Below are positions 1 to 9,730 of a DNA stretch of 64,000 nucleotides, piece after piece (the stretch's first letter is position 1; every line of letters begins with the position of its first letter). Source of the stretch: an uncultured delta proteobacterium. GTDB lineage: Bacteria > Myxococcota > Myxococcia > Myxococcales > Myxococcaceae. The translations under genes were made by a program, and so were the position numbers. The DNA lies in assembly GCA_963713045.1 (NCBI GenBank), contig CAVQKE010000003.1, forward strand, positions 640,001 through 704,000, written 5' to 3'. Below the pieces are notes generated by a model. That model saw nothing but the letters and a program-made list of their open reading frames with translations. It did no database searches and was not told the origin of the DNA.

Positions 1-1
1 A

Positions 2-313
2 ACGGCTCTTCGTCGCGGGTTGGGCGAGAAAAACGTCGTTCCTGGCGAGCAGGTCATGGTTTCCGAAGACTTTGGCGCGTTTGGGACTGCCGCGGGTGTT
101 CCTTCGGTTCTGCTCTGGGTGGGGGCGGCCGAGCCAACAGAGCTCGCCAACGCAACGGCAGCCGGAATCTTCCTCCCCAACATTCACTCCGCACTCTTCG
201 CGCCCGATCGCGTTCGCACCATCCGCACTGGCACGACCGTGCTGACGCTCTCGGCGCTGGAACTGCTCGGCAATCCTGGGGCATCAGCTCAGCGGAGTGC
301 CGGGTCACCGTAA
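2..313 (+). CDS. M20 family amidohydrolase, C-terminal part (5' end outside window)
   Basis: SEDFG and PNIHSALFAPD motifs typical of M20D amidohydrolase C-termini. Confidence 0.75.
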   Translation, partial: TALRRGLGEKNVVPGEQVMVSEDFGAFGTAAGVPSVLLWVGAAEPTELANATAAGIFLPNIHSALFAPDRVRTIRTGTTVLTLSALELLGNPGASAQRSAGSP

Positions 314-562
314 CGGCGCAGGGAAACTGGACACCCGCTGCCTCTTCGCCTTCGCTCCCTAGTTTGCGGAGAGCACCCCAGCACGGATGTCTCCCCAGAC
401 TGAGCGATTGGCGCACGGCCCGGGCGCTGGCCCCCTTGAATCGGACAGGCGCGGTCATCAGCGGGCGCTACAAAAAAATCGCACGCTAGACCGTTAGGTA
501 AAAATCCACCCGTTCGTTCTTTTCAACGCGGCTGGACTCGAGCGTCGGTCAAAAGCTGCGCC

Positions 563-1705
563 TCAAAGTTCGCCGCGGACGCCGAAGATGAACGTGACGT
601 CCGCCCCCCTTCCCGCGTCTAACATGTTGTGCACGGCCGCGACCTCAAGTCGGAGACTGTGAGACAGGGCAGCGGTGAGGCCTAGCAGCACATAGTAGGT
701 ATTGTCGCCGAGGCTGGGCAGAGCGACTGGCGCCCGGTGAGCGGAGCCCTGGACTTGGAGGGCGATGCCCCCTCCCAATTCGACGGCCACACCAGCTTGA
801 GCAGCGCCATAGACCTTGGTCGGAATTCCGATGATAGCTGTGGAAGTGGTGGGGACAGCAATGCTGAGCGCAAAGCGCAGCGCCACCCTACCCACGGTCC
901 AGCCCACCAGCAGGTCTGCTCCGACATCGGTTTCGCCGCTGCTATAGGTTGGGCCGCCGCTCGGTAGCTTCACTGCAACACTGAGCGAGACGGCCGGCCA
1001 AGGCCCGTGCTCCACCAGCAGTTGGCCCTTCACAGCGAATGACAGGTCGCCTAGGCCAACGCCTGGTACGAGGCGCTCTAAGGTGCGCCCATTGGGCAGG
1101 GTGATTTGAAAAACCGTCAGGTTGCGTGGGCGGTCGAACCGATTCGGATTTTCTTGCCCCACCAGTTTCTCGACAAACTCCGCAGGCCCGTCGAGGAAAC
1201 CGCCATACTGGAGCACCACTGGTAGCGTCACTCCAAACTCGAAGCGGTCGCTCAGGCCGTGGCGAAGGCCAAGCACCAAAATCCCAGTCTCCTCGTCGAA
1301 GGTGAAATTGACCTTTTTCGGAAAGTCGCCGACGAGAATGATGTTCGAGTAGAGGAGGCGGGCACTCAGCTCTAAGACTGACGGACCGACCACCTCCGGA
1401 GCCTCGAAGGGCTGTTGTAAAAAGAGTCGTCCAAGCGGTGCCGGCTCCTCCCATGGAATGGGCGATGCCACCCTACACGGCTGCTCGTCGGCAACGGCTG
1501 GACGCCACCACAGCAACAGGACAAGGGCCAGAGCGGCAGTGCTTCGGTTTTGCGCTGTCTTCCTGCAAGTCGGCAGCGTCTTCGCCGGCAAACGATGGTG
1601 CGCTCTTATCCGTCGCCCTCGTGCTCCGGTAACCCTGACTGCGAGTCGCCGGTGGTGCAGATATGGCTCACTGCGGTCCGGATCCGCGCTATGTAGTCTC
1701 AACAA
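563..1705 (-). CDS. DUF3187-like outer-membrane beta-barrel protein (true start probably ~1540)
   Basis: Signal-like LALVLLLWWRPAVA, GGFLD and GLGD motifs, alternating beta-strand pattern. Confidence 0.55.
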   Translation of the reverse strand: MLRLHSADPDRSEPYLHHRRLAVRVTGARGRRIRAHHRLPAKTLPTCRKTAQNRSTAALALVLLLWWRPAVADEQPCRVASPIPWEEPAPLGRLFLQQPFEAPEVVGPSVLELSARLLYSNIILVGDFPKKVNFTFDEETGILVLGLRHGLSDRFEFGVTLPVVLQYGGFLDGPAEFVEKLVGQENPNRFDRPRNLTVFQITLPNGRTLERLVPGVGLGDLSFAVKGQLLVEHGPWPAVSLSVAVKLPSGGPTYSSGETDVGADLLVGWTVGRVALRFALSIAVPTTSTAIIGIPTKVYGAAQAGVAVELGGGIALQVQGSAHRAPVALPSLGDNTYYVLLGLTAALSHSLRLEVAAVHNMLDAGRGADVTFIFGVRGEL

Positions 1706-1910
1706 TTCTCAGAGTACCCAGGAAAACGGTGAGACCCGTCGCGATGTCGGGCGGTTTCGAGTTTACAACCCCGCGGTTGTTGGTGAGGCCATAGACCATA
1801 CTCCCCCAACCGCGGTCCAGGTCCGAACACCGCGGGCCCGGAGCCATCGGATTCATCGGCAAATCAACTGGCTGGGAGTCGAAGCGACGTAGGGACGTGA
1901 TCTCAGGATT

Positions 1911-2360
1911 TCAGCTAACTCGTCGCCAGCGAAGCGTCCGCTTCAGTGGTTCGCCGGCCACTGACGTGGTGTCTACCTCAAGGGTGAGAAGATCGCCCTC
2001 CACCATCATTGTCCGAGTAAAGACCTGCCCCACGTTCTCCGGTGAAAGCGCACCAACGAGCTCCGTTTTGACGGTCCGTTGGTCGTCATCGACAGTGAAC
2101 TTTCCGAAGTACGCGTCGTACCCGCCGCGTGCGCGGCTGTTGTTGAGACCGCCAGCAACGATGGGTGCGCTTCCCGCGCTCGCCCGGTCCCGCTTCATGA
2201 ACTGCGCGGCGAAGTGCCCGGCTCTGTCAAAGACAAGGAAGCCGAATGGATCGCTCCCCAGTGAGGGTTCGGCGCGCTGCTCGCCGTTTCGCGTCCGGTC
2301 GATCCGCGAAATCAGCTCCCAGCTGCCCACCAATCGCGCCGCGAGTGAATCGAAGCTCAT
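1911..2360 (-). CDS. lipocalin-like domain protein
   Basis: LVGSWELIS...AYFGKFTVD...LRWRR pattern of the Lipocalin_5 family. Confidence 0.75.
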   Translation of the reverse strand: MSFDSLAARLVGSWELISRIDRTRNGEQRAEPSLGSDPFGFLVFDRAGHFAAQFMKRDRASAGSAPIVAGGLNNSRARGGYDAYFGKFTVDDDQRTVKTELVGALSPENVGQVFTRTMMVEGDLLTLEVDTTSVAGEPLKRTLRWRRVS

Positions 2361-2430
2361 CGCCCGTGACGCTATGCCACCGTTTGCGTGAGAAATGAAG
2401 ATGCGGGACCAAGCTTGAATCGGGCCTCCT

Positions 2431-2515
2431 CCAAGTCCTCGTCATTCCGCGGGGCGGCTTGTAGACGTGCACCCGTGCCTTCCGACACGCGCTGACCGAC
2501 CGACTCTGCTCTGGA
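2431..2515 (-). repeat. highly degenerate copy (R0) of the ssrA-att repeat
   Basis: ccaagtcctcgtcatt matches the core at 12/16; acgcgctgaccgaccgactctgctctgga aligns ungapped at 20/29 to the junction motif of R3; intergenic. Confidence 0.45.
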
Positions 2516-2599
2516 CTGAGCGAGCGGCGTCGAAGTCTCGAGGCCGTACTAGCGGAATATCAGCTGCTCAAAAAGAGACCCGGCCACGGTGCCTCGTTT

Positions 2600-2818
2600 A
2601 TGCTTTCGCAGACGACTCCCGTGACTCGCCACTACCAGATGCTGCTATGGCTGCTCGGAGGAGCGACCTTTGTACTGTTCGCCATCGTCCTCGATTACTT
2701 GGCGTACAAATTGAGGCTCCCGCATCGACGTTGGGCGCCGGGCGTGGCGCTTGGACTGGCCGCCACCGTGGTGGGGCTCGCAAGGTTTTGGCTTCGCGGA
2801 CCTCATCACGACGATTGA
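2600..2818 (+). CDS. small two-TM membrane protein
   Basis: 72-aa ORF with two hydrophobic segments. Confidence 0.45.
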   Translation: MLSQTTPVTRHYQMLLWLLGGATFVLFAIVLDYLAYKLRLPHRRWAPGVALGLAATVVGLARFWLRGPHHDD

Positions 2819-3181
2819 AACCGCTCTTCCCACCCGGCCAGATACGCATCATCAGCACCGGTACGACGCGCCCTCTCATCCACGAGGAGGCGGATGCCTT
2901 TGTGCCGCAGAGGGAAGCGAAGCCGAATGACCTAGGTACTCTCTGCCCACGTAGAACGCGCGAACTCTCGCATTTCAGACTCGGCTACTCGCGGCGGACG
3001 ATCATACTGCCTTCGAGGTCTTGGAGGGCGCGTTGGGACGAATACCTACACGAGGGCAGGACCATCGAAGCCCGATGTAGCAGTTTTCACCCGGGTCACG
3101 AGTCGGCCGACTGACAAAATTGGTCGGGCCGCGACAGGCCACTTGTAGCCTTAACCATGCGGAAGGACATGGAACGGACCC

Positions 3182-3196
3182 TGGCATGCGCCCTGC
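3182..3196 (+). promoter_or_regulatory. sigma-54 (-24/-12) promoter of the pilin gene
   Basis: TGGCATGCGCCCTGC with exact GG-N10-GC spacing, 40 bp upstream of the pilin ATG; inverted repeat ccgac...gtcgg at 3107-3127 is a candidate enhancer site. Confidence 0.65.
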
Positions 3197-3236
3197 GTAC
3201 TCACAGTGAACAACCAGTCATCGCGAAGAGTAGTGC

Positions 3237-3875
3237 ATGGGTCCTCGTACCCTGAGGTTCGGTTTCACTCTCATCGAGCTGATGATTGTCGTCGCGATCA
3301 TCGGTATTCTCGCGGCAATCGCCATCCCCAACTTTCTTCGATTCCAGGCGAGGTCCAAACAAAGTGAGCCCAAGGGGAACCTGAAGACGCTCTTCATTGC
3401 CGAGCGGTCAGAATTTCAGGAGCACGACGGGTACATCACGGATCCTGGGACACTGGGATTCAACCCGGAGCGTGGCAACCGTTACCAGTACCAGCTCGGC
3501 GCCGGCGCTGAGACAGCCCGCAACGCAGCCACGGTAACAGCCCTCATCACCGACACGGGAATCACGGTGGACACCTTCAAGTTCCCGAACGCGGCCGCTC
3601 AGCCGACCGGCCCAGGTTGGGCCGGCTTCGCTCCGGCCTGGGCGACAAACGAAGGCCAGACGCCCGGCGCCACCCCGAACGTTTTTGGCGCTTGCCCTTC
3701 CTGCAACTTTCTCGCGTTTGCGGCCGGTGACATCGACAACGAGCCAGTCGGAATCGACATGTGGGTTATCTCCAGCGTCGACTTCGGCGCCACTCCGGTG
3801 TGTGGAGACACCTCGCAAGATACTGCTCCTGCCGGGATGCCCTGGAACAATTACGACGACGTCAGCTGCCCGTAG
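3237..3875 (+). CDS. pilA: type IVa major pilin, Myxococcus PilA-like (orphan copy)
   Basis: G|FTLIELMIVVAIIGILAAIAIPNF prepilin motif; FQARSKQSE and GFNPERGNRY are typical of myxobacterial PilA; C-terminal cysteines. Confidence 0.88.
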   Translation: MGPRTLRFGFTLIELMIVVAIIGILAAIAIPNFLRFQARSKQSEPKGNLKTLFIAERSEFQEHDGYITDPGTLGFNPERGNRYQYQLGAGAETARNAATVTALITDTGITVDTFKFPNAAAQPTGPGWAGFAPAWATNEGQTPGATPNVFGACPSCNFLAFAAGDIDNEPVGIDMWVISSVDFGATPVCGDTSQDTAPAGMPWNNYDDVSCP

Positions 3876-4094
3876 GGCAGCGCCGGGACTGGCGATTCCG
3901 AGCTCGTTGACTAAGGGAGGCGGCACCTGCTGTCACGGTCCTATCCAAGGGACTCGACGACGCGAACGAGTGGCGAGCGTTAAGTCGGCCTAGGAACGAT
4001 ACCGTAGGGGGGGACCTGTGCCTCGTCACCGTTCAAACGGGCGCTTTTTCGGCCGAACTCTAGAAGCAAGGCGCACGGCGTTAGAGTGCCGAAT

Positions 4095-5159
4095 ATGAAA
4101 GCGTGGACCACTGCCGCGCCACCGCTTGCCATCGGGCTGTTGTTCGTCGCCTCACAGCAGAGTGTCGGCGGCTGGCTCGCAACCATTTGCGGACTCGCTT
4201 TGATCGGGGCAGTTCTGGCGGCAGTGCATCATGCAGAGGTGGTCGCCCATCGCGTCGGCGAACCGCTCGGAACGCTCATTCTGGCTCTCGCTGTTACCGT
4301 TATCGAGGTCTCGCTCATTCTCTCAATGATGATTAGCGGAGGGCCTGCCAAGGCGACCTTAGCCCGCGACGCTGTTTATTCGACCGTAATGATTATTACG
4401 ACGGGGGTGATGGGCCTGTGCATCCTGTTGGGAGGCCTACGCCATCGTGAACAAACGTTTCGAGTCGAAGGTGCGGGGCCTGAGTTCGCTGCGCTCGTCG
4501 CACTTTCCACCCTGGTTCTGGTTCTTCCGGCCTTCACCATCAGCGCTCCCGGTCTTGCCTACTCGGCCTCGCAACTGATTTTTGCCGGCGCCGCATCGCT
4601 CGCTTTGTGGGGTCTCTTCGTCTTCGTCCAGACTGTCCGCCATCGCGACTACTTTGTGCCGCCGGCCGGTACTGCCGTCGATGCGCACACATCACCGCCT
4701 TCAAGCGGCAGGGCGTGGCTCAGTCTCGGCCTTTTGCTAGTGGCGCTGGTCGCGGTGGTCGGGCTCGCAAAGGTTCTCTCTTCTCCTCTTGAGGCTGCGC
4801 TTCGGGCCCTTGGCGCGCCAGACGCCGTCCTGGGGATCGTCATTGCCGCGGTGGTGCTGCTGCCCGAGACGCTTGCAGCAGTCCGCGCAGCCTGGAGGAA
4901 CCGCCTTCAGACCAGCGTGAACTTAGCGCTCGGCTCGGCGCTGGCAACCATTGGACTCACCGTTCCAGTCGTGGCAGCCGCTTCGCTGATTTTTGGTTTC
5001 CCTGTGAACCTAGGGCTCGATTCAAAGGATATGGCGCTTCTCGTGTTGAGCTTTATCGTCGGCACCATCACCCTGGGCACCGGACGGACGAGCATCCTAC
5101 AAGGCGCTGTCCAACTGGTTGTGTTCGCCGCGTTTCTGGTTTTGTCAATTGTGCCTTGA
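4095..5159 (+). CDS. CaCA family Ca2+(Na+)/H+ antiporter, ChaA-like
   Basis: HAEVVAHRVGEPLGTLILALAVTVIEV and LLPE...NLALGSALATIGLT alpha repeats; multiple TM helices. Confidence 0.9.
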   Translation: MKAWTTAAPPLAIGLLFVASQQSVGGWLATICGLALIGAVLAAVHHAEVVAHRVGEPLGTLILALAVTVIEVSLILSMMISGGPAKATLARDAVYSTVMIITTGVMGLCILLGGLRHREQTFRVEGAGPEFAALVALSTLVLVLPAFTISAPGLAYSASQLIFAGAASLALWGLFVFVQTVRHRDYFVPPAGTAVDAHTSPPSSGRAWLSLGLLLVALVAVVGLAKVLSSPLEAALRALGAPDAVLGIVIAAVVLLPETLAAVRAAWRNRLQTSVNLALGSALATIGLTVPVVAAASLIFGFPVNLGLDSKDMALLVLSFIVGTITLGTGRTSILQGAVQLVVFAAFLVLSIVP

Positions 5160-5299
5160 AGTCGCTGCGACAAAAGCGGCGCCGACGACGCCGTCCTCAG
5201 AAGCCGACTCCGCCCGACGCTACTGGGAGTTTGCCGGCCGCAGCCGGGACGTTGGTCTCCACCTGCTGTTGGCCCGTGAAGTGCAGGCCACCCGCTCAA

Positions 5300-6013
5300 A
5301 TGCATCTTCGCATCGCAGTCAACGTCCTGGCCCTCCTTCTTGGGATCGCCTTTATCGGAACCAACCTGGCGTTTGAAGGGCTGTACCGGTTTGCACTCAG
5401 CAGCGTCCCAGTCCCTGAGGTCCCGGACAGCGAAGCTTCGCCGCCCGTCCTCGAAGCACTCTGGCTTGCGGTTGGCGAAAACCCTGGAACTCACGTGCCC
5501 TTCTACTGGGCATGGGCTTGGTTGGGGCGAGGCACCGATTCAAGCAGTGGCCAGTCCGCCATCCATGAGGTGGCCCATCTTTGGCTAAAGCGCCAGCGTC
5601 GGCCGAAGACGTGGGTGGGCCGGTTCTTCGCCGAGGCCGCAGTTGAAGTGTGGCTCTCACGCCACGCCACCGTGGTGCAATTGCAGCGGGCGCTGGCTGA
5701 ATGGGAAGACTTCGGGCGGGGGGCCATCGGCATCTCGGCGGCGTCCACGGCCTATTTCCAGGTCAGGCCGGGCGCCATGGAGTGGCCCCAGCTGGCGTTG
5801 CTCGGCAGTCGGGTTGCCTACGGGTCTGTGGACGACCCATTCTGCGAAAGCGAACGGGCCCTCAGCCAACGCGGCCTCTTCGTCGGTCAGATGCTCGGGG
5901 TCGGGATGCTCTCCAAAGCTCAGGCCCTCCAAGCCATCAGCGCGCCGTTGGCCACCACCCCACAGGAGTGCGTGTGCAAAATGCCAGGGCGGCCAGTAGG
6001 ACGCCGGGCCTGA
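5300..6013 (+). CDS. degenerate transglycosylase (GT51)-domain membrane protein
   Basis: N-terminal TM; FGRGAIGISAASTAYF resembles the GT51 C-terminal motifs; EDxxF catalytic motif absent. Confidence 0.5.
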   Translation: MHLRIAVNVLALLLGIAFIGTNLAFEGLYRFALSSVPVPEVPDSEASPPVLEALWLAVGENPGTHVPFYWAWAWLGRGTDSSSGQSAIHEVAHLWLKRQRRPKTWVGRFFAEAAVEVWLSRHATVVQLQRALAEWEDFGRGAIGISAASTAYFQVRPGAMEWPQLALLGSRVAYGSVDDPFCESERALSQRGLFVGQMLGVGMLSKAQALQAISAPLATTPQECVCKMPGRPVGRRA

Positions 6014-6062
6014 TTCCTGCGACGGCCGCCGCCGGCGGGTCTCAGATGGCCGTCAGCCGTGC

Positions 6063-6082
6063 ACGCCCTCGCCATACCGCGC
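6063..6082 (-). repeat. short remnant of the ssrA-att repeat
   Basis: acgccctcgccat (6063-6075) is identical to 17824-17836 in R7; intergenic. Confidence 0.35.
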
Positions 6083-6093
6083 CGCCGCAGGGG

Positions 6094-6873
6094 CTAAGGG
6101 CTTTTCTTGTTCGTCCAGCTGGACGTGGTGCCGTGGAGCTTGTCTTCGTCGACGACGTGCATCGACGCCCCGCCCACCGTGTAGGTGTACACGTCCGTCA
6201 CTTTGCCCATCCGCTTGTCGGTCTCGACGATGGTTTGCTTGTTGACCTTCTTCAACGCCACCATCGTTCCGCCGGGGTCCCCCGCCACGGGGACGAATTT
6301 GCCGTCGAAGTTAGCGTCATAGCTTTGTCCGGTCGGGGTGTTCATCGTCAGTCCGTCGACGGTTTCCTTGAAGGTCACGGTGAGGCCATTGGCGGAGGCA
6401 GAGTCCACCTTTGCGGCACGCCAGGAGCCCGAGATGGGGTCCGAGCCCTTGGGGCCAGCGGCGACCCGGGTAAGGGAATTCGTCCCGGTAACCGGCTGGG
6501 TTCCCGAGTCGTCCTTGTAGCTGATGGTGAGCGTCTTTCCGTCCGCGGACACGGAGTAGTCGCTGGTGACCATGGTCTTCCCAGCCTTCTTAAAGACGAG
6601 ATTGACGTTGCCGGGACTCGCCGCCTTGACGGCCAGGGTGTCGAAATACGCATGCCCGGGGACCGGCTGGTCCGTCCCATCGGCCTTGACTTTGACCGGC
6701 GGGACGAACGTCTTGCCCTGAAACGTGCCCTTGTCGAGCACGTAGACGTCGGGCTTCTTGGCGAAGACGACCGAGTCGGTCTGCATGACCCAAGTTCCGT
6801 CGAAGGGGCTGTCCGCAAGGGCGGCCAGCGGAGTGAGAAGCACGAAGAGCAGCGCTGCTTTCATGGTCGCCAT
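6094..6873 (-). CDS. secreted hypothetical protein with two internal beta-rich repeats
   Basis: Sec signal; SPFDGTW and DPISGSW repeat halves; strong GC3 codon bias. Confidence 0.75.
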   Translation of the reverse strand: MATMKAALLFVLLTPLAALADSPFDGTWVMQTDSVVFAKKPDVYVLDKGTFQGKTFVPPVKVKADGTDQPVPGHAYFDTLAVKAASPGNVNLVFKKAGKTMVTSDYSVSADGKTLTISYKDDSGTQPVTGTNSLTRVAAGPKGSDPISGSWRAAKVDSASANGLTVTFKETVDGLTMNTPTGQSYDANFDGKFVPVAGDPGGTMVALKKVNKQTIVETDKRMGKVTDVYTYTVGGASMHVVDEDKLHGTTSSWTNKKSP

Positions 6874-7290
6874 CCTGTCTTTTGTGGTGATGCACCATGG
6901 CCCGATGTGCCTTCAGTTTGACGGCACCCGAGACCCAAGCGCGCGCGACTCTACGCATGCAACCCGCCGAGTTGACACTGGTTTCAACGCGCCTTTGGCT
7001 GCGAGTGTTGCCCGACACACGCAGCGTAAAGCCACAGAACGGCCACAGCATCGGTTCCACCGACTTGAAGCCGGACCTGCAGCATCTTGAAAACCCAGTC
7101 CCACTGTCGAAGGACGTGAAGTAGCACCGGGTGGGGGGCGGAGGCTGATTCACGGCTAAGAAAACGGTGAAAGGACACTGCGCTCTTTTGGGCCACTTGG
7201 ATGCCGCGAGGGCATGGCTTTCGGCGGCCAGGCTCGTGCGCGAGGCGAGCGGTCATCGGCGCCCATCACCCGCCGCGCTCTGCTCGACCT

Positions 7291-7404
7291 TTCAGTGCGG
7301 GCCAAGCACGGGCGCAACTCCGCGACGTTTCGTCGAGCGCGCATCGAATCGAGAACGAATGCTGTCCGAATAACGCGCTAACTATCTGACTTCACTGTGG
7401 AGGC
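7291..7404 (-). repeat. ssrA-att repeat R1 (arm plus tmRNA 3' remnant)
   Basis: Core 15/16 at 7314-7329; ctgacttcactgtggaggc at 7386-7404 is identical to 23952-23970 at the ssrA 3' end. Confidence 0.9.
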
Positions 7405-7575
7405 AACATGCGGAGCGGACGCGCTGCGCGTCCACAACCGGAGAATACCAAGGCGCTCGGTACGGCCAGCAACCGGGGCCTCATCGATGGCGAACGAGTT
7501 GCCAATCCGGATGCGCCGCAGTTGGCTCAGGTCAACTTCGGTGTCGTGCGCCAGATTCTGTGCTCTCGTACGGGG

Positions 7576-8121
7576 ATGCGCCTAGCAGGGCTTCTCGTTG
7601 CATCGCTTCTCTTGGGATGTGCGCACCCGCAGTCTGCCGCGCTCACCGTCGACGACGAGGCGGCAATCGAGGTCGAGGCCTTCAAGGAGGCCGTGATTTA
7701 CCCCGATTCTCCGCCCGAGCGAGGGGGCGACCTGGTGTTCCGCACGGCCGGACTTCACGAAATGATTTGCCTCGGTATCGAGCCGCACCTACCTTCAGCA
7801 AGAACGGTTGTGGACCCCTCGCCGCGCGTTGTGAACACTTTGTCGGATAAAGGTGCCCTGGTTGCCCCGGTGTCTCAGTGCCGGAACCCTGGAGTCACAC
7901 CGCCCCTTCTTCATGATGGCTCACGTGTTCAATTTATATTCGCGTTTCTCTCTCCTTTAACTGTGGTGCGTGAAAATGAGGTGTGGGTCGACGTTTGGCG
8001 TGGCTGCAGTCCTTCGGTTGGGTCGACATGCATCGGTGGCCAAGGACTGAAATTCAAAATTGTCCGAACAGCCGATGGCTGGGTGACTCAAGGAGTCACC
8101 GAGGGCGCCATCAGCGATTGA
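7576..8121 (+). CDS. hypothetical lipoprotein
   Basis: MRLAGLLVASLLLG|C lipobox; lower GC. Confidence 0.6.
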   Translation: MRLAGLLVASLLLGCAHPQSAALTVDDEAAIEVEAFKEAVIYPDSPPERGGDLVFRTAGLHEMICLGIEPHLPSARTVVDPSPRVVNTLSDKGALVAPVSQCRNPGVTPPLLHDGSRVQFIFAFLSPLTVVRENEVWVDVWRGCSPSVGSTCIGGQGLKFKIVRTADGWVTQGVTEGAISD

Positions 8122-8225
8122 ACGCAACTGAGATGGCGTCGAAGGTCCGAGGAACGCTGATAGGGCACTCTGGCGATGGAGACGCCCCGCGCGGTGGGGG
8201 GCTCCACACCCGCCTTCACCTAGGG

Positions 8226-8275
8226 TTCAGCGCAGGCCAAACGCGTCCTGCGCAGGTCCGCGACGTGCGGAGGCA
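8226..8275 (-). repeat. ssrA-att repeat R2 (internally deleted)
   Basis: ttcagcgcaggccaaacgcgtcctgcgcaggtccgcgacgtgcggaggca; core 14/16. Confidence 0.75.
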
Positions 8276-8398
8276 TTCCTGTTGGTCGGCCGGCCCTAAC
8301 TTCCGATGCCTGCCAGCTGATGTTCTGGGAATGGCAATTCACAGGCTCGGACAAGGGCTGGCCGAGCGGAATGCGGTTCTTGGAAGCGCCGAGCCGCA

Positions 8399-8926
8399 TC
8401 AGCGTGTCATCTTGTTCAATTGCGGAGGTAATTCGTCGAAGCCTGCCCAGCTGGGGGAATCGCCCCACCGTGCACCGGGCTCGAAGTACAACACCCCGCC
8501 GTAAAGCGTCGACGACTGGCTGCACATTGCCCCGAGAGCTGGAGTCGATGCGCACAGTGCCTCAGCAGCGCGGTTGCCCGGATCCGAATACTGACTCACC
8601 CGGCCGTCGTGAAGACGCCTCAGCGCCTTCTGCGTTGGTCCTAGGCGATCCCAGCGGAGAACGTTCGTCCAGAGGGCAAATACCCTCACCGAGGCCTCGC
8701 TGTTGCCCTCCAGGGCCCGCTGGACGTCCTCGGCGGTCTGTAGGCACGTGGGGCAAGTGGGGGAGAGCAGAAGGAGCAGCTTCGGCCCCAGAGCAACCTC
8801 AAAGGCTGCCCGGAACGCCTCCACGTCTCCCAGCGGGAGCTGCCCGCCCGGAGTCCGACGTTGAATGGCGAGGACGGCCATTGCCAGTAGCGCCAGAACA
8901 AAAACGACGGCTAGCACGCGCTTCAC
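8399..8926 (-). CDS. exported thioredoxin-fold protein (CxxC)
   Basis: Signal/TM segment followed by LLLLSPTCPTC. Confidence 0.65.
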   Translation of the reverse strand: MKRVLAVVFVLALLAMAVLAIQRRTPGGQLPLGDVEAFRAAFEVALGPKLLLLLSPTCPTCLQTAEDVQRALEGNSEASVRVFALWTNVLRWDRLGPTQKALRRLHDGRVSQYSDPGNRAAEALCASTPALGAMCSQSSTLYGGVLYFEPGARWGDSPSWAGFDELPPQLNKMTR

Positions 8927-9056
8927 ATCACCACCTCGTCGGGAGGTTTCCGGTGGGCTATGCCGACGGACTTACATCGTGACAGGTCCTTGCGCCGGGA
9001 GGGCGGGCGTGGGGCGAAGTCTGCCAGCAGGAGGCCGAGGGACGCCCGGAGCCGCG

Positions 9057-9434
9057 CTAGGTCTCGAGTGGCTGCCAGAGCTCTACCCTGTTCCCGTCGC
9101 AGTCCTTGATCCAGGCGAAGCGACCATAGCTCTCGTTCTGGCGCTTCGAGTCGATCCAAACACCAGCGGCTGCGAGATCCACTAGGAGCGCGTCGAGGTC
9201 GTCGACGCGGTAGTTGATCATCACCGCCTGATTCGCCTCACCGAAGTAGGTCGTGTTCATCGGGAACGGATTCCAGGCCGTCATACCCGTCCCCTTCGGC
9301 ACTTCGTCCTTCCACAAGAAGGTCGCCCCGTAGTCGCCGACCTCGACGCCGAGGTGCTTCGCGTACCAGGCTCCCAGCGCCTTCGGGTCTGCGCTCCTCA
9401 GGAACACGCCCCCGACCCCTGTCACCCTCGCCAT
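9057..9434 (-). CDS. VOC/glyoxalase family protein
   Basis: VTGVGGVF...WY...MINYRVDDLD...YGRFAWIKDCDGNRVELWQP. Confidence 0.9.
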   Translation of the reverse strand: MARVTGVGGVFLRSADPKALGAWYAKHLGVEVGDYGATFLWKDEVPKGTGMTAWNPFPMNTTYFGEANQAVMINYRVDDLDALLVDLAAAGVWIDSKRQNESYGRFAWIKDCDGNRVELWQPLET

Positions 9435-9587
9435 TTCGTTGCCTCCTCGTCTCTCGTCTAACTCACCGGCTCGGGTGGCGGCAACGCGGAACGGAGACGA
9501 TCGTCACGCGGATGTTCGTAACCGGGAGGCCAGCGATGACAGTCGAAGTCGACGTCTTTTTTGAAAGGCTGCTCACTTGATGCGACA

Positions 9588-9665
9588 GCCAGCGCGCAGC
9601 GCGCGCAAGTCCTGTGTCTTCGATCACTTGAGCGGCCCAGTGCTTGTTTTCGTGCGGGAATCGGT
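9588..9665 (-). repeat. degenerate ssrA-att repeat R2b
   Basis: gcgcgcaagtcc at 9601-9612, plus gcgggaatcg at 9654-9663 (identical to ssrA 23972-23981). Confidence 0.55.
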
Positions 9666-9730
9666 AAGGGCGCGGCCCGCCTCGTATCAACAGGGCGTTG
9701 CAGAGGTCGGCTAGCAGACAGTCCGGGATT

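Noticed and set aside
8399..8926. Selenoprotein in the thioredoxin-fold ORF
   Set aside because: Both CxxC positions are Cys codons, and there is no in-frame UGA.
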